In this document: positions 55,442-64,000 of the stretch, piece by piece | Layout: each line of letters begins with the position of its first letter | Numbering within the stretch: position 1 is the first letter of the stretch | DNA from: Candidatus Poribacteria bacterium | GTDB lineage: Bacteria > Poribacteria > WGA-4E > WGA-3G | Direction of reading: 5' to 3' | DNA length: 64,000 nt | Assembly (NCBI GenBank): GCA_965261115.1 | Contig: OZ253447.1 | Coordinates: 1,977,656-2,041,655 of the forward strand | The notes under the pieces: generated by a model | Told to the model about the DNA's origin: nothing | Databases searched by the model: none | The model's input: only the letters and a program-made list of their open reading frames with translations | Translations under genes and position numbers: made by a program

Positions 55442-58399
55442 CTACTGGCGTAGATGTTCTTCTGCCTCAATTTTCCACTGTTCGGGTGGATTGAGTTCAA
55501 GGAAACGTTTCCATTGTGCTTTCGCCTGCTCCCGCTTTTCAGTGTATTCATACATCAAAGCGAGGTTATAGTTCGCCGTCAAATTGCCCGGCTCCAACTG
55601 TATCACGCGTTCAAACTGCTCCGCAGCAGCACCGAGTAGATCCATACTGAAGAGATTATTCGCGTAACTCAGCAGCGTTGGAACGTGGGTGTCATCTAAG
55701 GCAATCGCCTTCTCTAAGGTCTCTTTCGCGGCGTTGTAATCCAAAGCATGCGCGTAGTAAAGGTCTCCGAGGCGTTGATAGGTCTTCGCGGCAATATCGT
55801 CACCTTTTTCAACGGGTTGTTGAATAAGCGCGACTTCCGCTTCATAGTGTTTGATTGCTTCCTTCCATACCTGTTCCCATTCTGCGATTTTGCCGAGATG
55901 TAGATGGATGCCTCTATATTTAGGGGCATAAGAGAGCATACTTTTAAAAACCTCTTTTGCAAGTTGATGCCGGTCGATTTCGAGATAAATCACACCAACT
56001 TGGTAATTTGCCTCGCGGTTTTTGGGTTGGAGTTCAGCCACCTGTTTGAAATCCTCTAAAATTTGGCTGTACCGATAAAGGGTTTCGCCAATCTGTCTAT
56101 AGCGAAGCGTGAGCATTCCGCGATAGAAGTAGGCATCCACGTAGGTTGGATTCAGAGCAATAGTTGCGGTGTATTCCTCAACAGCCATTTCCGCATGTTT
56201 GTGGTAATCATCACCGAGCGTCTCGGCATGTTGATCGAGCAGCCGCGCGTAACTGTAGTGCCAATCGAAGTTATCCGGATTGTAATGATTCGCCAACCCA
56301 TAGTAGCGAATTGCGTTCTCGCGTTCGTCCCGTTTCTCAAAAATAACGGCGAGGAGGTGATGGAGTTCAGGATGTTCAGGTTCAATCTCTAATGCAGGTT
56401 GATAGACGCGAAGAATGTTATCTTCATCGTTGCGTTGACGATAGATTGCACCGAGACGGAAGAAGGGCTCTACTTCTGTTGCTTTAACCCCTGGCATGGG
56501 CGTTTGCAAACTACGTCCGATGTCGTTTTCAAGCAGTGTCGTATCAAGCGTGATTGTTTTCTCGTAATGCACGACGGCGTTATCTATCTCGCCTTTCTGT
56601 TCAAACAGGATTGCTACGTGATAATGCGCTGCAATATCGTCAGGACTTAACCGAATAGTTTCGAGAAGTGCCGGTAAAGCATCATTAGGCTGCTGTAGCG
56701 AAAGATAAGACAGTGCCAATAGATAGTGTGCTTCAGTGGTTTCAGGGGCAATCTCAATAAGCCTCTTTAGCGTATCAACCGCTTGCTGATGCGCTTCGCG
56801 TCCCCGATAAATGTGGACCATTTTGAAAAGCACATCTGGTCGTTGTGGGTCTAATGCCAGCGTACGTTCATAAAAGGTAATCGCGCTGTCTGTATTGCCG
56901 CTTGCTTCGTAGCTTTGCCCAAGGAGATGGGTAGCACTAACATCTTCAGGAAATAGTAGAAGATGTATATTCAGCGGTTCGATAGCATCTTGATATTTTT
57001 CTTCATCGAAAGCGCGTTGTCCTTGCACCATGAATCTATCTGCCAACTCCGGATGCAACGCCAATGCCCGTTTAAAGTAGCCTACCGCTGTGTCCACATC
57101 CCCCTGTTGGTGATGAAGTTCACCGAGGTTGAAGTAAACATCGTTGAAATTTCCCAAATGGAGTTCAAGTTGCAGATAGCTTGTGTCCGTTTCGATAATT
57201 TCAAGCGTTTTCTCATAATGTTGGATGGCTTTTTCGGTGTTACCCGCATCGGCTTCAACGGCACCTGCATAAAAGGAGGAACGCGGATCGTCAGGAAGGA
57301 CGAACATCGCTTTCTCTAAAATTGGCAGTGCTTGCTCGGGTGTTATCAACCCTGCAAAGTAAGGTTCCAAGGGTTCATAGAAAGTGTCCTTGAGGCTTGG
57401 CGTGAGAGACAGGGCTTGTTGGTAATGGTGTAGTGCTGTCTCGGTGTCTCCGTTGGTATAGAAGATTTCTCCGAGTGCGAAATGCGATTGCACATGGGTA
57501 GGCTCAGCCGCAATTGTGCGTTGATAAAGCTGAATCGCGCCATCTGTATTACCTTTTTCATTGAAGATAACCGACAACTCGTGAAGCACCTGTCCTGAGT
57601 AGTCTTGATACTTGGAGCCTTTAGCATACTCTTCCAACGCATCGTCGAAAAATCCTTGTGTAGCAAGCACCTGTCCAAGTTTGAAGTAAGCGGGCGCGAA
57701 CTTTTTCTTTTGATGCGTAATATTTTCAAACATTTCGCGAGCGCGATCCATCTCACCTTGTGCGAAGTAGACTAACCCGATACCGTATTGTGGGTATTCC
57801 CATTTTCGATTTAAATTTCGCGCAGTGTCGAAGGCTTGAAGTGCCGCCGTGTAATTCTGCTGTTTTAAGTGGATTTCACCCATGCGATAATAAACCGGGT
57901 AGTAGTTAGGGTTCAAACGGACGCAAGCCTCAAATTCCGCAAGTGCCGATGCGTCTTCGCCTTGTTGTTGATGGATGCCACCAAGGTTGAAATGTGCCCA
58001 AAACAGGTCCGGTTGAATTTCGAGGGCGTGTTGTAGATAGGTAACGGCTGTATCAAACGGCGCACCGGCTTTCGTAGCCTCAAGAGCGTGTACGTAGCCT
58101 AAACCGTAATAAAACGCCGCCTCCATCGCAGGGGAAGATGACTGCTGTCCTTGACGGTTCTCTTTTGCTGTGTCATAAAGGGTTAGGAGTGTGGAAATTC
58201 GTCCCTGTTTCTGCCATTTGAGGATGAATTCGCGGTGTTTCTCGCCTGGCTTTTTCTTCTCTCGCAGGACCTTTGTAAAATCTTTTCTTATGTCCTTTTC
58301 CCATTTTTCCGCTGCTATGGTAACCTGTGAGAAAGACGCACTGAATATTAAGTTGATAATTAGCACGATAAATATGGGGTTTAGCACTATTTTTTTCAT
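55442..58399 (-). CDS. Large exported TPR-repeat protein
   Basis: Signal peptide; many 34-aa TPR units (A.FNLG...A...). Confidence 0.9.
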   Translation of the reverse strand: MKKIVLNPIFIVLIINLIFSASFSQVTIAAEKWEKDIRKDFTKVLREKKKPGEKHREFILKWQKQGRISTLLTLYDTAKENRQGQQSSSPAMEAAFYYGLGYVHALEATKAGAPFDTAVTYLQHALEIQPDLFWAHFNLGGIHQQQGEDASALAEFEACVRLNPNYYPVYYRMGEIHLKQQNYTAALQAFDTARNLNRKWEYPQYGIGLVYFAQGEMDRAREMFENITHQKKKFAPAYFKLGQVLATQGFFDDALEEYAKGSKYQDYSGQVLHELSVIFNEKGNTDGAIQLYQRTIAAEPTHVQSHFALGEIFYTNGDTETALHHYQQALSLTPSLKDTFYEPLEPYFAGLITPEQALPILEKAMFVLPDDPRSSFYAGAVEADAGNTEKAIQHYEKTLEIIETDTSYLQLELHLGNFNDVYFNLGELHHQQGDVDTAVGYFKRALALHPELADRFMVQGQRAFDEEKYQDAIEPLNIHLLLFPEDVSATHLLGQSYEASGNTDSAITFYERTLALDPQRPDVLFKMVHIYRGREAHQQAVDTLKRLIEIAPETTEAHYLLALSYLSLQQPNDALPALLETIRLSPDDIAAHYHVAILFEQKGEIDNAVVHYEKTITLDTTLLENDIGRSLQTPMPGVKATEVEPFFRLGAIYRQRNDEDNILRVYQPALEIEPEHPELHHLLAVIFEKRDERENAIRYYGLANHYNPDNFDWHYSYARLLDQHAETLGDDYHKHAEMAVEEYTATIALNPTYVDAYFYRGMLTLRYRQIGETLYRYSQILEDFKQVAELQPKNREANYQVGVIYLEIDRHQLAKEVFKSMLSYAPKYRGIHLHLGKIAEWEQVWKEAIKHYEAEVALIQQPVEKGDDIAAKTYQRLGDLYYAHALDYNAAKETLEKAIALDDTHVPTLLSYANNLFSMDLLGAAAEQFERVIQLEPGNLTANYNLALMYEYTEKREQAKAQWKRFLELNPPEQWKIEAEEHLRQ

Positions 58400-58538
58400 T
58401 TTATTTTTCCTATGGTCGAATATAAAAAGCGGTTTCTGTTGTGAAATTATTACTTTTCAAGTTTTATAGTAAAACCTGAAGATATGTTTACACTTTGACA
58501 GATAATATCTACCTATATCCCACTGCAGGCGGGGTTTG

Positions 58539-58654
58539 CTGAAGTTTAAGAAAATATTTCGGTAATTCTATATTTTCCCCAGGCCCGGTAGGTGCGGTTT
58601 GGAACCGCACCGGACTTCCTCAAGAAATTACCGAATTAATAAATTAATCTTCAT
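58539..58654. mobile_element. MITE family 2 in the loop of a GGCGGGGTTTG/TAACCCCGCC hairpin
   Basis: GGCGGGGTTTG|CTGAAG...CTTCAT|TAACCCCGCC. Confidence 0.75.
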
Positions 58655-58689
58655 TAACCCCGCCGCTGTAAAGATAATTACGGGTTTTA

Positions 58690-59622
58690 CTATAATAGCT
58701 GCTCAATTTTTGCGCGTGTTGGCATAGAAGGGGTCGCACCGATGACAGTGACTGCCGCTGCACCCGCAGCATTTGCAAACGCAACTGCTGAATGTAAGGT
58801 TTCACCACTTGCCAAGGCGGTCGCGAGCGCGCCACAAAATGCATCGCCTGCACCTGTTGTATCTACGGGTTCGACAGGCAGAGCGGAGACATGTTCGGAT
58901 GTTGTCGCTGTTAGCATTAATGCCCCTTGCTCGCCGAGGGTTAACACGACGGCAGTGTTTGCAGTATCCACCATACGTGCACGCAACACCTCCGCCGCGC
59001 AGCGCGCCGCTTCGTGGCTGCTAACCTTCATTCCCGACAGCAATTCCGTTTCGGATTGGTTCGGCGTAAGAATATCAACAAATCCCAAAAGACTATCCGG
59101 CAACGGTTGCGCAGGTGCAGGATTTAACACCACTGTTGTACCGTGTTGCTTCGCAGTAGCTGCAGCGTGTTCGGATGCCGCAATCGGAGTCTCCAATTGC
59201 AAAAGAAGTACATCCGCGTCTGCGATGCAATCGACGGCAGCATCTATATCAGCAGTCGTGAGTGCCATGTTTGCGCGCGGGACGACGATGATGCTATTAT
59301 CACCATCCGGTTCAATGACAATCGTCGCTACGCCTGTCCCGATGTCTGTACGTTTTGTGACAAACCTACTGTTAATATGTTCATTTTCTACTGCGGTGAG
59401 TAGTATCTCGGCAAATGGGTCCGTACCGACACTTCCGACGAGTGTGACTTCGGCACCTAACCGTGCTGCAGCGGTTGCCTGATTAAATCCTTTCCCGCCT
59501 GTAAAAATATCAAAAGCATCCCCGATGAGCGTTTCGCCTTTATCAGGCCGCCGTATTGCGTGGCACACCAGATCAATGTTTAGACTGCCAACGACAGTAA
59601 CTTTCGGTGTTACGTGGTTCAT
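58690..59622 (-). CDS. rbsK: Ribokinase
   Basis: GSLNIDL, GGKGFNQA, LQLE, NPAPA, VDTTGAGDAF. Confidence 0.92.
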   Translation of the reverse strand: MNHVTPKVTVVGSLNIDLVCHAIRRPDKGETLIGDAFDIFTGGKGFNQATAAARLGAEVTLVGSVGTDPFAEILLTAVENEHINSRFVTKRTDIGTGVATIVIEPDGDNSIIVVPRANMALTTADIDAAVDCIADADVLLLQLETPIAASEHAAATAKQHGTTVVLNPAPAQPLPDSLLGFVDILTPNQSETELLSGMKVSSHEAARCAAEVLRARMVDTANTAVVLTLGEQGALMLTATTSEHVSALPVEPVDTTGAGDAFCGALATALASGETLHSAVAFANAAGAAAVTVIGATPSMPTRAKIEQLL

Positions 59623-59865
59623 CGCAACTGACTCCTAATTTCTTTTAACGATTTTGGACAATTATAGTTGACATGCGGTGCTATTGTCAAGGACTTATAG
59701 CCAGAGCCACAAACGCAAACCAAAGTCAAAACCGAAAACTGAGTAGTCCTGATGAGATCCACAAGAAACTTGCAATTTATGCTCAGATGGTATAACATAT
59801 CAAGGTGCGTCTCAGATAAAAAGGCAGTTCCCTTGTAGCACAACGCCATAAAAAGAGAGAAAAAA

Positions 59866-60345
59866 ATGATCCGACACTATAAACCCAGCGACCTGCAAAC
59901 CCTTCGACAGATCACCGCTATCTGTTTCGAGAAAGTGTCTATAGACAAGAATATTGAAGACCGATTTGGACGTATTGGGGATATGGACTGGAAAGAACGC
60001 AAAATGTCCCATATCGATGACGATACGGAAATAAACTCAGATGGGATTTTTGTGGCAGAAGTAGATGGCGAGATCGCTGGTTACATCACAACTCGAATTA
60101 ATCACGCAACTCGGATTGGTGGTATTCCGAACCTTGCTGTGCTACCACAGTTCCAACGCCGTGGTATCGGCAGACAACTGATCGAAAAAGCGTTAGCGTA
60201 TCTACAGTCGGAAGGGATGCTTTATGCCCGTATTGAAACTTTAGAGCAGAATCCAGTAGGTGCAAGTTTTTATCCGACTATGGGTTTCACAGAAATCGCA
60301 AGGCAGATTCACTACATCCAGCCGCTATCGAAGCCGAAGGCATAA
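59866..60345 (+). CDS. GNAT family N-acetyltransferase
   Basis: LAVLPQFQRRGIGRQL acetyl-CoA motif. Confidence 0.9.
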   Translation: MIRHYKPSDLQTLRQITAICFEKVSIDKNIEDRFGRIGDMDWKERKMSHIDDDTEINSDGIFVAEVDGEIAGYITTRINHATRIGGIPNLAVLPQFQRRGIGRQLIEKALAYLQSEGMLYARIETLEQNPVGASFYPTMGFTEIARQIHYIQPLSKPKA

Positions 60346-60423
60346 TAAATCGCGCAATACTCAAGAAAGAGTAGCACCGGTTGTTCCCTTGTGGCATTTG
60401 ATGTCCGTCCGTTCAAACTTTAA

Positions 60424-60516
60424 TAGGACTTACGTAGTCCCCACTGCAGGCGGGGTTTCAAACCCCGCCTGCAGTGCTTCGGATGTCCGTTATCATGGAA
60501 AAATGCGTAAGTCCTG
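60424..60516. mobile_element. MITE family 4
   Basis: CTTTAA|TAGGACTTACG...TGCGTAAGTCCTG|CTTTAA. Confidence 0.7.
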
Positions 60517-60518
60517 CT

Positions 60519-62465
60519 TTAAAATAAAAACCGATACATCGGTTGGTTCGTCGTAATCCCTATGATACTCCACACGCTGCCGACGATAAATTCGCCTAAG
60601 ATTAGACCGAGAAAGAACGGAATCAGTTTTCGGTGCGCACTCACACCACCGTGCCGAAGAATAATCCACTTGATGACCGAACTCACCAAGATCGAAAACC
60701 AGAACACATTCATCGACCAACTGCTGGAGATAGCAAATCCGGCAGGATGAAAGGGCCACCAAAAAAGCCGCATCCGCATTATCATCAGGAAACCGGTAAT
60801 TAGGAACCCGATACACATCGCAACAATCGCTGGCACATCCGGTGCTCTCGGCGAAGTCAACCAACTCTGGAGTCGATTGAAAGGGCGTCCCGCGAACCAA
60901 TCGCGCGCCCCTTCAATATAAGAGATATGATAGAATGCCCAGAACGAAGCGAACGTACCAATAACAATCGCAATACACATCGCGATTAATAACCGTCGAT
61001 TGGAGATTCCTGTCCGTTCCGCTAATTTAAATCCCTCCAAAATGTGTGGCATTGGGTGCCCGCGATAGGCACGGTTAAAAAAGAAGAGATACGCCATTAT
61101 CGTCAAGTTGTGTGGACCGAGCAGTCGCGTTCCGAAAATACGCGGCATCATCTCATCGGGGCCAATAAAGTGTAGATCATGCACCGGCGAACCGAGTTCC
61201 GCTCGCATTCGGGTTACCGCAGTAGAGATGGCATAATAGATCCCAAAAAATACGAGGATCACCCAGATAGACATACCCGCCGTTTTACAGAATCCGACGA
61301 TAAAGATAAGACTTGCGATAAGTCCTAACACCGTCACCCGATAGGACATCGGTTCGTCCGAATCGTCAACACGCGGGTCGTTTCTAAACAACTTACGTCC
61401 GACTTGTGCGAGATGCTTTCGTGTCGCCACAATCGCGATAACAAATAAACCGAGATATGCTCCGAAAGACTGCTCATCCGTGAACGGAAAGTTCGGCATA
61501 CCCCGCACGCCTAACGCATCTCCAAAGACACGCTCCACCTTCCAAAAAAGATAGAAAAACCAGCATGAAAACGATAAGTCAAGCGGGATAAAGAAAGCGA
61601 TACCCACTGCAAACGGAAAGACAGCGATAGGGGTCCAACCCACTGCACTCCACGGTTTCTGTGTAAAGAATGGACGTAAATCGTAGAGCCTTCCACCCAA
61701 ACTCGGCACACTCGGATAGAGATAGTGAAGCCCATTGAGGATGTCAATTGCACCCGCAATCCCGAACCCAAGCCACATCATCTTATTTGTCAACAAGTTC
61801 GTGCGACCGCCGCTCGTCAATTCAAGCGGCAACTGAATAATGGGATAACTCAGCTTCTCATGCTCCGTCCACTGTTTCCGCACGAGACTGTTGATACACA
61901 CCATCAGGAACACCATCACGCATAGGAAGCCTCCCCAAGCGACCGTTGTCGTGAACCAACCTTGAACAGTCTCCCATTGGTAAAGGGTTGTCTCACCGCG
62001 ATAATACTCCGTTAAAAAAAGCCGCTCTTTGACAGCCATCCAATCCGGGATATACCGATGGAACAGGTCTGCCCAGTCATTTTCTGGCGTTGCATACCAG
62101 AACGCATACGGGATCATCGGAATCAAAACGCGAAGCACATCGTGCCCCGCCAACGAAGAAGCGATTGCCAGCATGACGTAAACCGTCAGCAACTCGCCTT
62201 GTTGCATAGCAATCCCAGGGGCTACCCGGACCAAGACGAGGTTAACACCTGTGATGGCAAAAACGCAAAAAATGACGTTAAAATAGAGAGAAATAGTCGT
62301 CGGATACCCTTGCCCGGCAGAGTCCAGAATCCAGTACATGTTCGGGATGATAAGGACAGTGCCGAGTAGAATCGCTCGCCAGGACGCGCCAAACTTAAGG
62401 TTTCGACTATTTTGTTCGGTAGGTGCTCTGAATCTATAAGGTTCTGAAGTCAATTCGCTTTTCAA
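60519..62465 (-). CDS. Multi-pass membrane protein (DUF6785/DUF6784, OPT-like putative transporter)
   Basis: About 16 hydrophobic segments; RKQWTEHEKLSYPI, WWPFHPAG, PFFLGLILGEF. Confidence 0.75.
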   Translation of the reverse strand: MKSELTSEPYRFRAPTEQNSRNLKFGASWRAILLGTVLIIPNMYWILDSAGQGYPTTISLYFNVIFCVFAITGVNLVLVRVAPGIAMQQGELLTVYVMLAIASSLAGHDVLRVLIPMIPYAFWYATPENDWADLFHRYIPDWMAVKERLFLTEYYRGETTLYQWETVQGWFTTTVAWGGFLCVMVFLMVCINSLVRKQWTEHEKLSYPIIQLPLELTSGGRTNLLTNKMMWLGFGIAGAIDILNGLHYLYPSVPSLGGRLYDLRPFFTQKPWSAVGWTPIAVFPFAVGIAFFIPLDLSFSCWFFYLFWKVERVFGDALGVRGMPNFPFTDEQSFGAYLGLFVIAIVATRKHLAQVGRKLFRNDPRVDDSDEPMSYRVTVLGLIASLIFIVGFCKTAGMSIWVILVFFGIYYAISTAVTRMRAELGSPVHDLHFIGPDEMMPRIFGTRLLGPHNLTIMAYLFFFNRAYRGHPMPHILEGFKLAERTGISNRRLLIAMCIAIVIGTFASFWAFYHISYIEGARDWFAGRPFNRLQSWLTSPRAPDVPAIVAMCIGFLITGFLMIMRMRLFWWPFHPAGFAISSSWSMNVFWFSILVSSVIKWIILRHGGVSAHRKLIPFFLGLILGEFIVGSVWSIIGITTNQPMYRFLF

Positions 62466-62670
62466 ATTACGTGGTGCTTCCTCTCTCTCACGTCCGTACG
62501 CGCCCAGTTAAAGTTAATAATTTTACGAACGTCTTGAAAGCCAAACATTACATACTACCCAAATAAAATTGCTTTGATTTTTTTCAATATATCTTATATA
62601 ATGCATAGCAGGATATTAGGTCTTGATCCATAGATCAAGGCTACTTTCAGCATTACCAAAGGATAAACCT

Positions 62671-63510
62671 ATGGATACTATGACTGATGCTGCCGAAGCA
62701 GCCCTGTTTACACCACAGCATAAAGAGTTTGTCGAAAACAACGGGTATCTGTTGATTCGGAACGCCTTACCCCCCGATGTCGTCGCGGAAATTGATGCCG
62801 CTGTTGACGAAGTGTATGCCAAAGAAGAAGCCGCGGGGAACCTTGAAGCAGGCGGTAAGTTGAATCTCCGTAACTGCATCACGCACCACGAAGCATTTCT
62901 CCAACTCCTTGATTGGCAGAAAACCGTGCCGCTCGCCTACGGCGTGCTTAATTGGAACGTACAGATGATTACGTCCCACCTCATTGTACTCCCTTCAAAA
63001 GAGGAACCACCGCCTGAAGTAAAGAACCGTATCGGCTTGCACCGCGACGGTGGCACATCACATGCCGAAATGCAGGAACCCCATCCCCGGATCATGCTTA
63101 AGATTGCTTACGCTATCAGCGACCAATCCGATCCCGCCTCTGGCGCGACTGTGCTGGTACCCGGAAGTAACCGATTGACAGGCAGACCCGCAACCGATCC
63201 AGATACCGGTTGGGCACGCGGTGCGATTTCTATGAATGTCAACGCGGGAGATGCGTTCCTCTTTGAACAACGCACATGGCACGGGATCGGACACAACTGG
63301 TCCGGTATGCCACGCAAAACCATCTTCATGGGATACGCCTATCGCTGGGTCAAACCGATGGATTATATCACTATGCCTGACGAACTCGTTGCCAAATGCA
63401 ACCCGATCCAGAAACAATTAATCGGAGTCGTCAGCGATCCGCTCAGCTACTATCTGCCGAAGGATCAAGATGTACCGTTGCGCGCCGCACTCAATTCGGA
63501 AACACAATAA
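62671..63510 (+). CDS. Phytanoyl-CoA dioxygenase family (PhyH) protein
   Basis: LHRD, GAT..VPGS, AGDA..F....WH; ATG 62671 after AGGA; TTGATT-N17-TATAAT upstream. Confidence 0.9.
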   Translation: MDTMTDAAEAALFTPQHKEFVENNGYLLIRNALPPDVVAEIDAAVDEVYAKEEAAGNLEAGGKLNLRNCITHHEAFLQLLDWQKTVPLAYGVLNWNVQMITSHLIVLPSKEEPPPEVKNRIGLHRDGGTSHAEMQEPHPRIMLKIAYAISDQSDPASGATVLVPGSNRLTGRPATDPDTGWARGAISMNVNAGDAFLFEQRTWHGIGHNWSGMPRKTIFMGYAYRWVKPMDYITMPDELVAKCNPIQKQLIGVVSDPLSYYLPKDQDVPLRAALNSETQ

Positions 63511-63546
63511 CCGACAAACGCGTAAAGCAAAGATGGGCACCCCTCA

Positions 63547-64000
63547 CTATTCAAGTTTGCTCTTCAGCGAAAGGCTATAATCAAGAAGGGCATTCGCGTA
63601 TGGGATATTGTGGAGTCCATACCCGCTATCGCCTTTAACCATATCGTAGTTCAGTTTCGCGTCCAGATAGTCCTGTGAAGTTTTGTCAGGCGCAGCATCC
63701 AACATCGCTTTGACGGCTTGCATCTTCGATGCTATCTCAGCACGATACTGCGGTAACTTCGTCTCCATGTTATTATCCGCACTATCGTGACAACCCGCAG
63801 TACTGCATAGCGAAAAGTCAGCAATAAATGTATGGCCACCATGTTTCGCAACTGCCTCGGGGTCCTCTTTCGCCATGTGGCAGTGTACACACCGTTTTTT
63901 CATCGCGCGTACGTGCGGCGACGGCATCCGTTTTACACCAGCACCCTCACGTCCAAGAAACATCTCCGATTGAGACTGGTGAACGATACCAGCACCCGCA
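63547..64000 (-). CDS. C-terminal part of a multiheme c-type cytochrome (5' end beyond the window)
   Basis: CVHCH, GGHTF, CSTAGCH, DSGYGLHN..YA..LL; frame is open to the window edge. Confidence 0.8.
   Translation of the reverse strand, partial: AGAGIVHQSQSEMFLGREGAGVKRMPSPHVRAMKKRCVHCHMAKEDPEAVAKHGGHTFIADFSLCSTAGCHDSADNNMETKLPQYRAEIASKMQAVKAMLDAAPDKTSQDYLDAKLNYDMVKGDSGYGLHNIPYANALLDYSLSLKSKLE

Noticed and set aside
58742-59482. 246-aa Ala-rich plus-strand ORF
   Set aside because: Antisense to ribokinase.

Overview
Bacterial 64-kb window. The gene repertoire points to a sponge-symbiont Candidatus Poribacteria-type genome (inference): WD40/dockerin, LamG and TolB proteins ending in a 'K-L/Q-x-x-x-W-G-R-L/I-K' motif, ECF-sigma fusions and multiple phytanoyl-CoA dioxygenases. 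Bases 1-22.9 kb are an all-minus-strand accessory block. It holds three membrane-anchored ECF sigma factor/beta-propeller fusions (Kelch or BNR C-termini), a conserved ECF-like promoter motif in front of three transcription units, and an operon encoding a homologue of animal selenoprotein N. That gene is split in the ORF track at an in-frame TGA (SC-U) followed by a bacterial SECIS-like hairpin, and it precedes two membrane proteins built from an unrecognised ~110-aa repeat. The rest holds DUF1800/DUF1501/NHL genes, a TonB-dependent receptor followed by four paralogous lipoproteins, a deletion junction joining truncated TolB-like and hrpB genes, sugar-catabolism genes and housekeeping genes (fdhD, nagA, trpDC, birA, rbsK). 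Intergenic DNA is dense with GTAG-REP hairpins and at least five families of small non-autonomous elements nested in one another. No rRNA, tRNA, CRISPR array or transposase gene was recognised.
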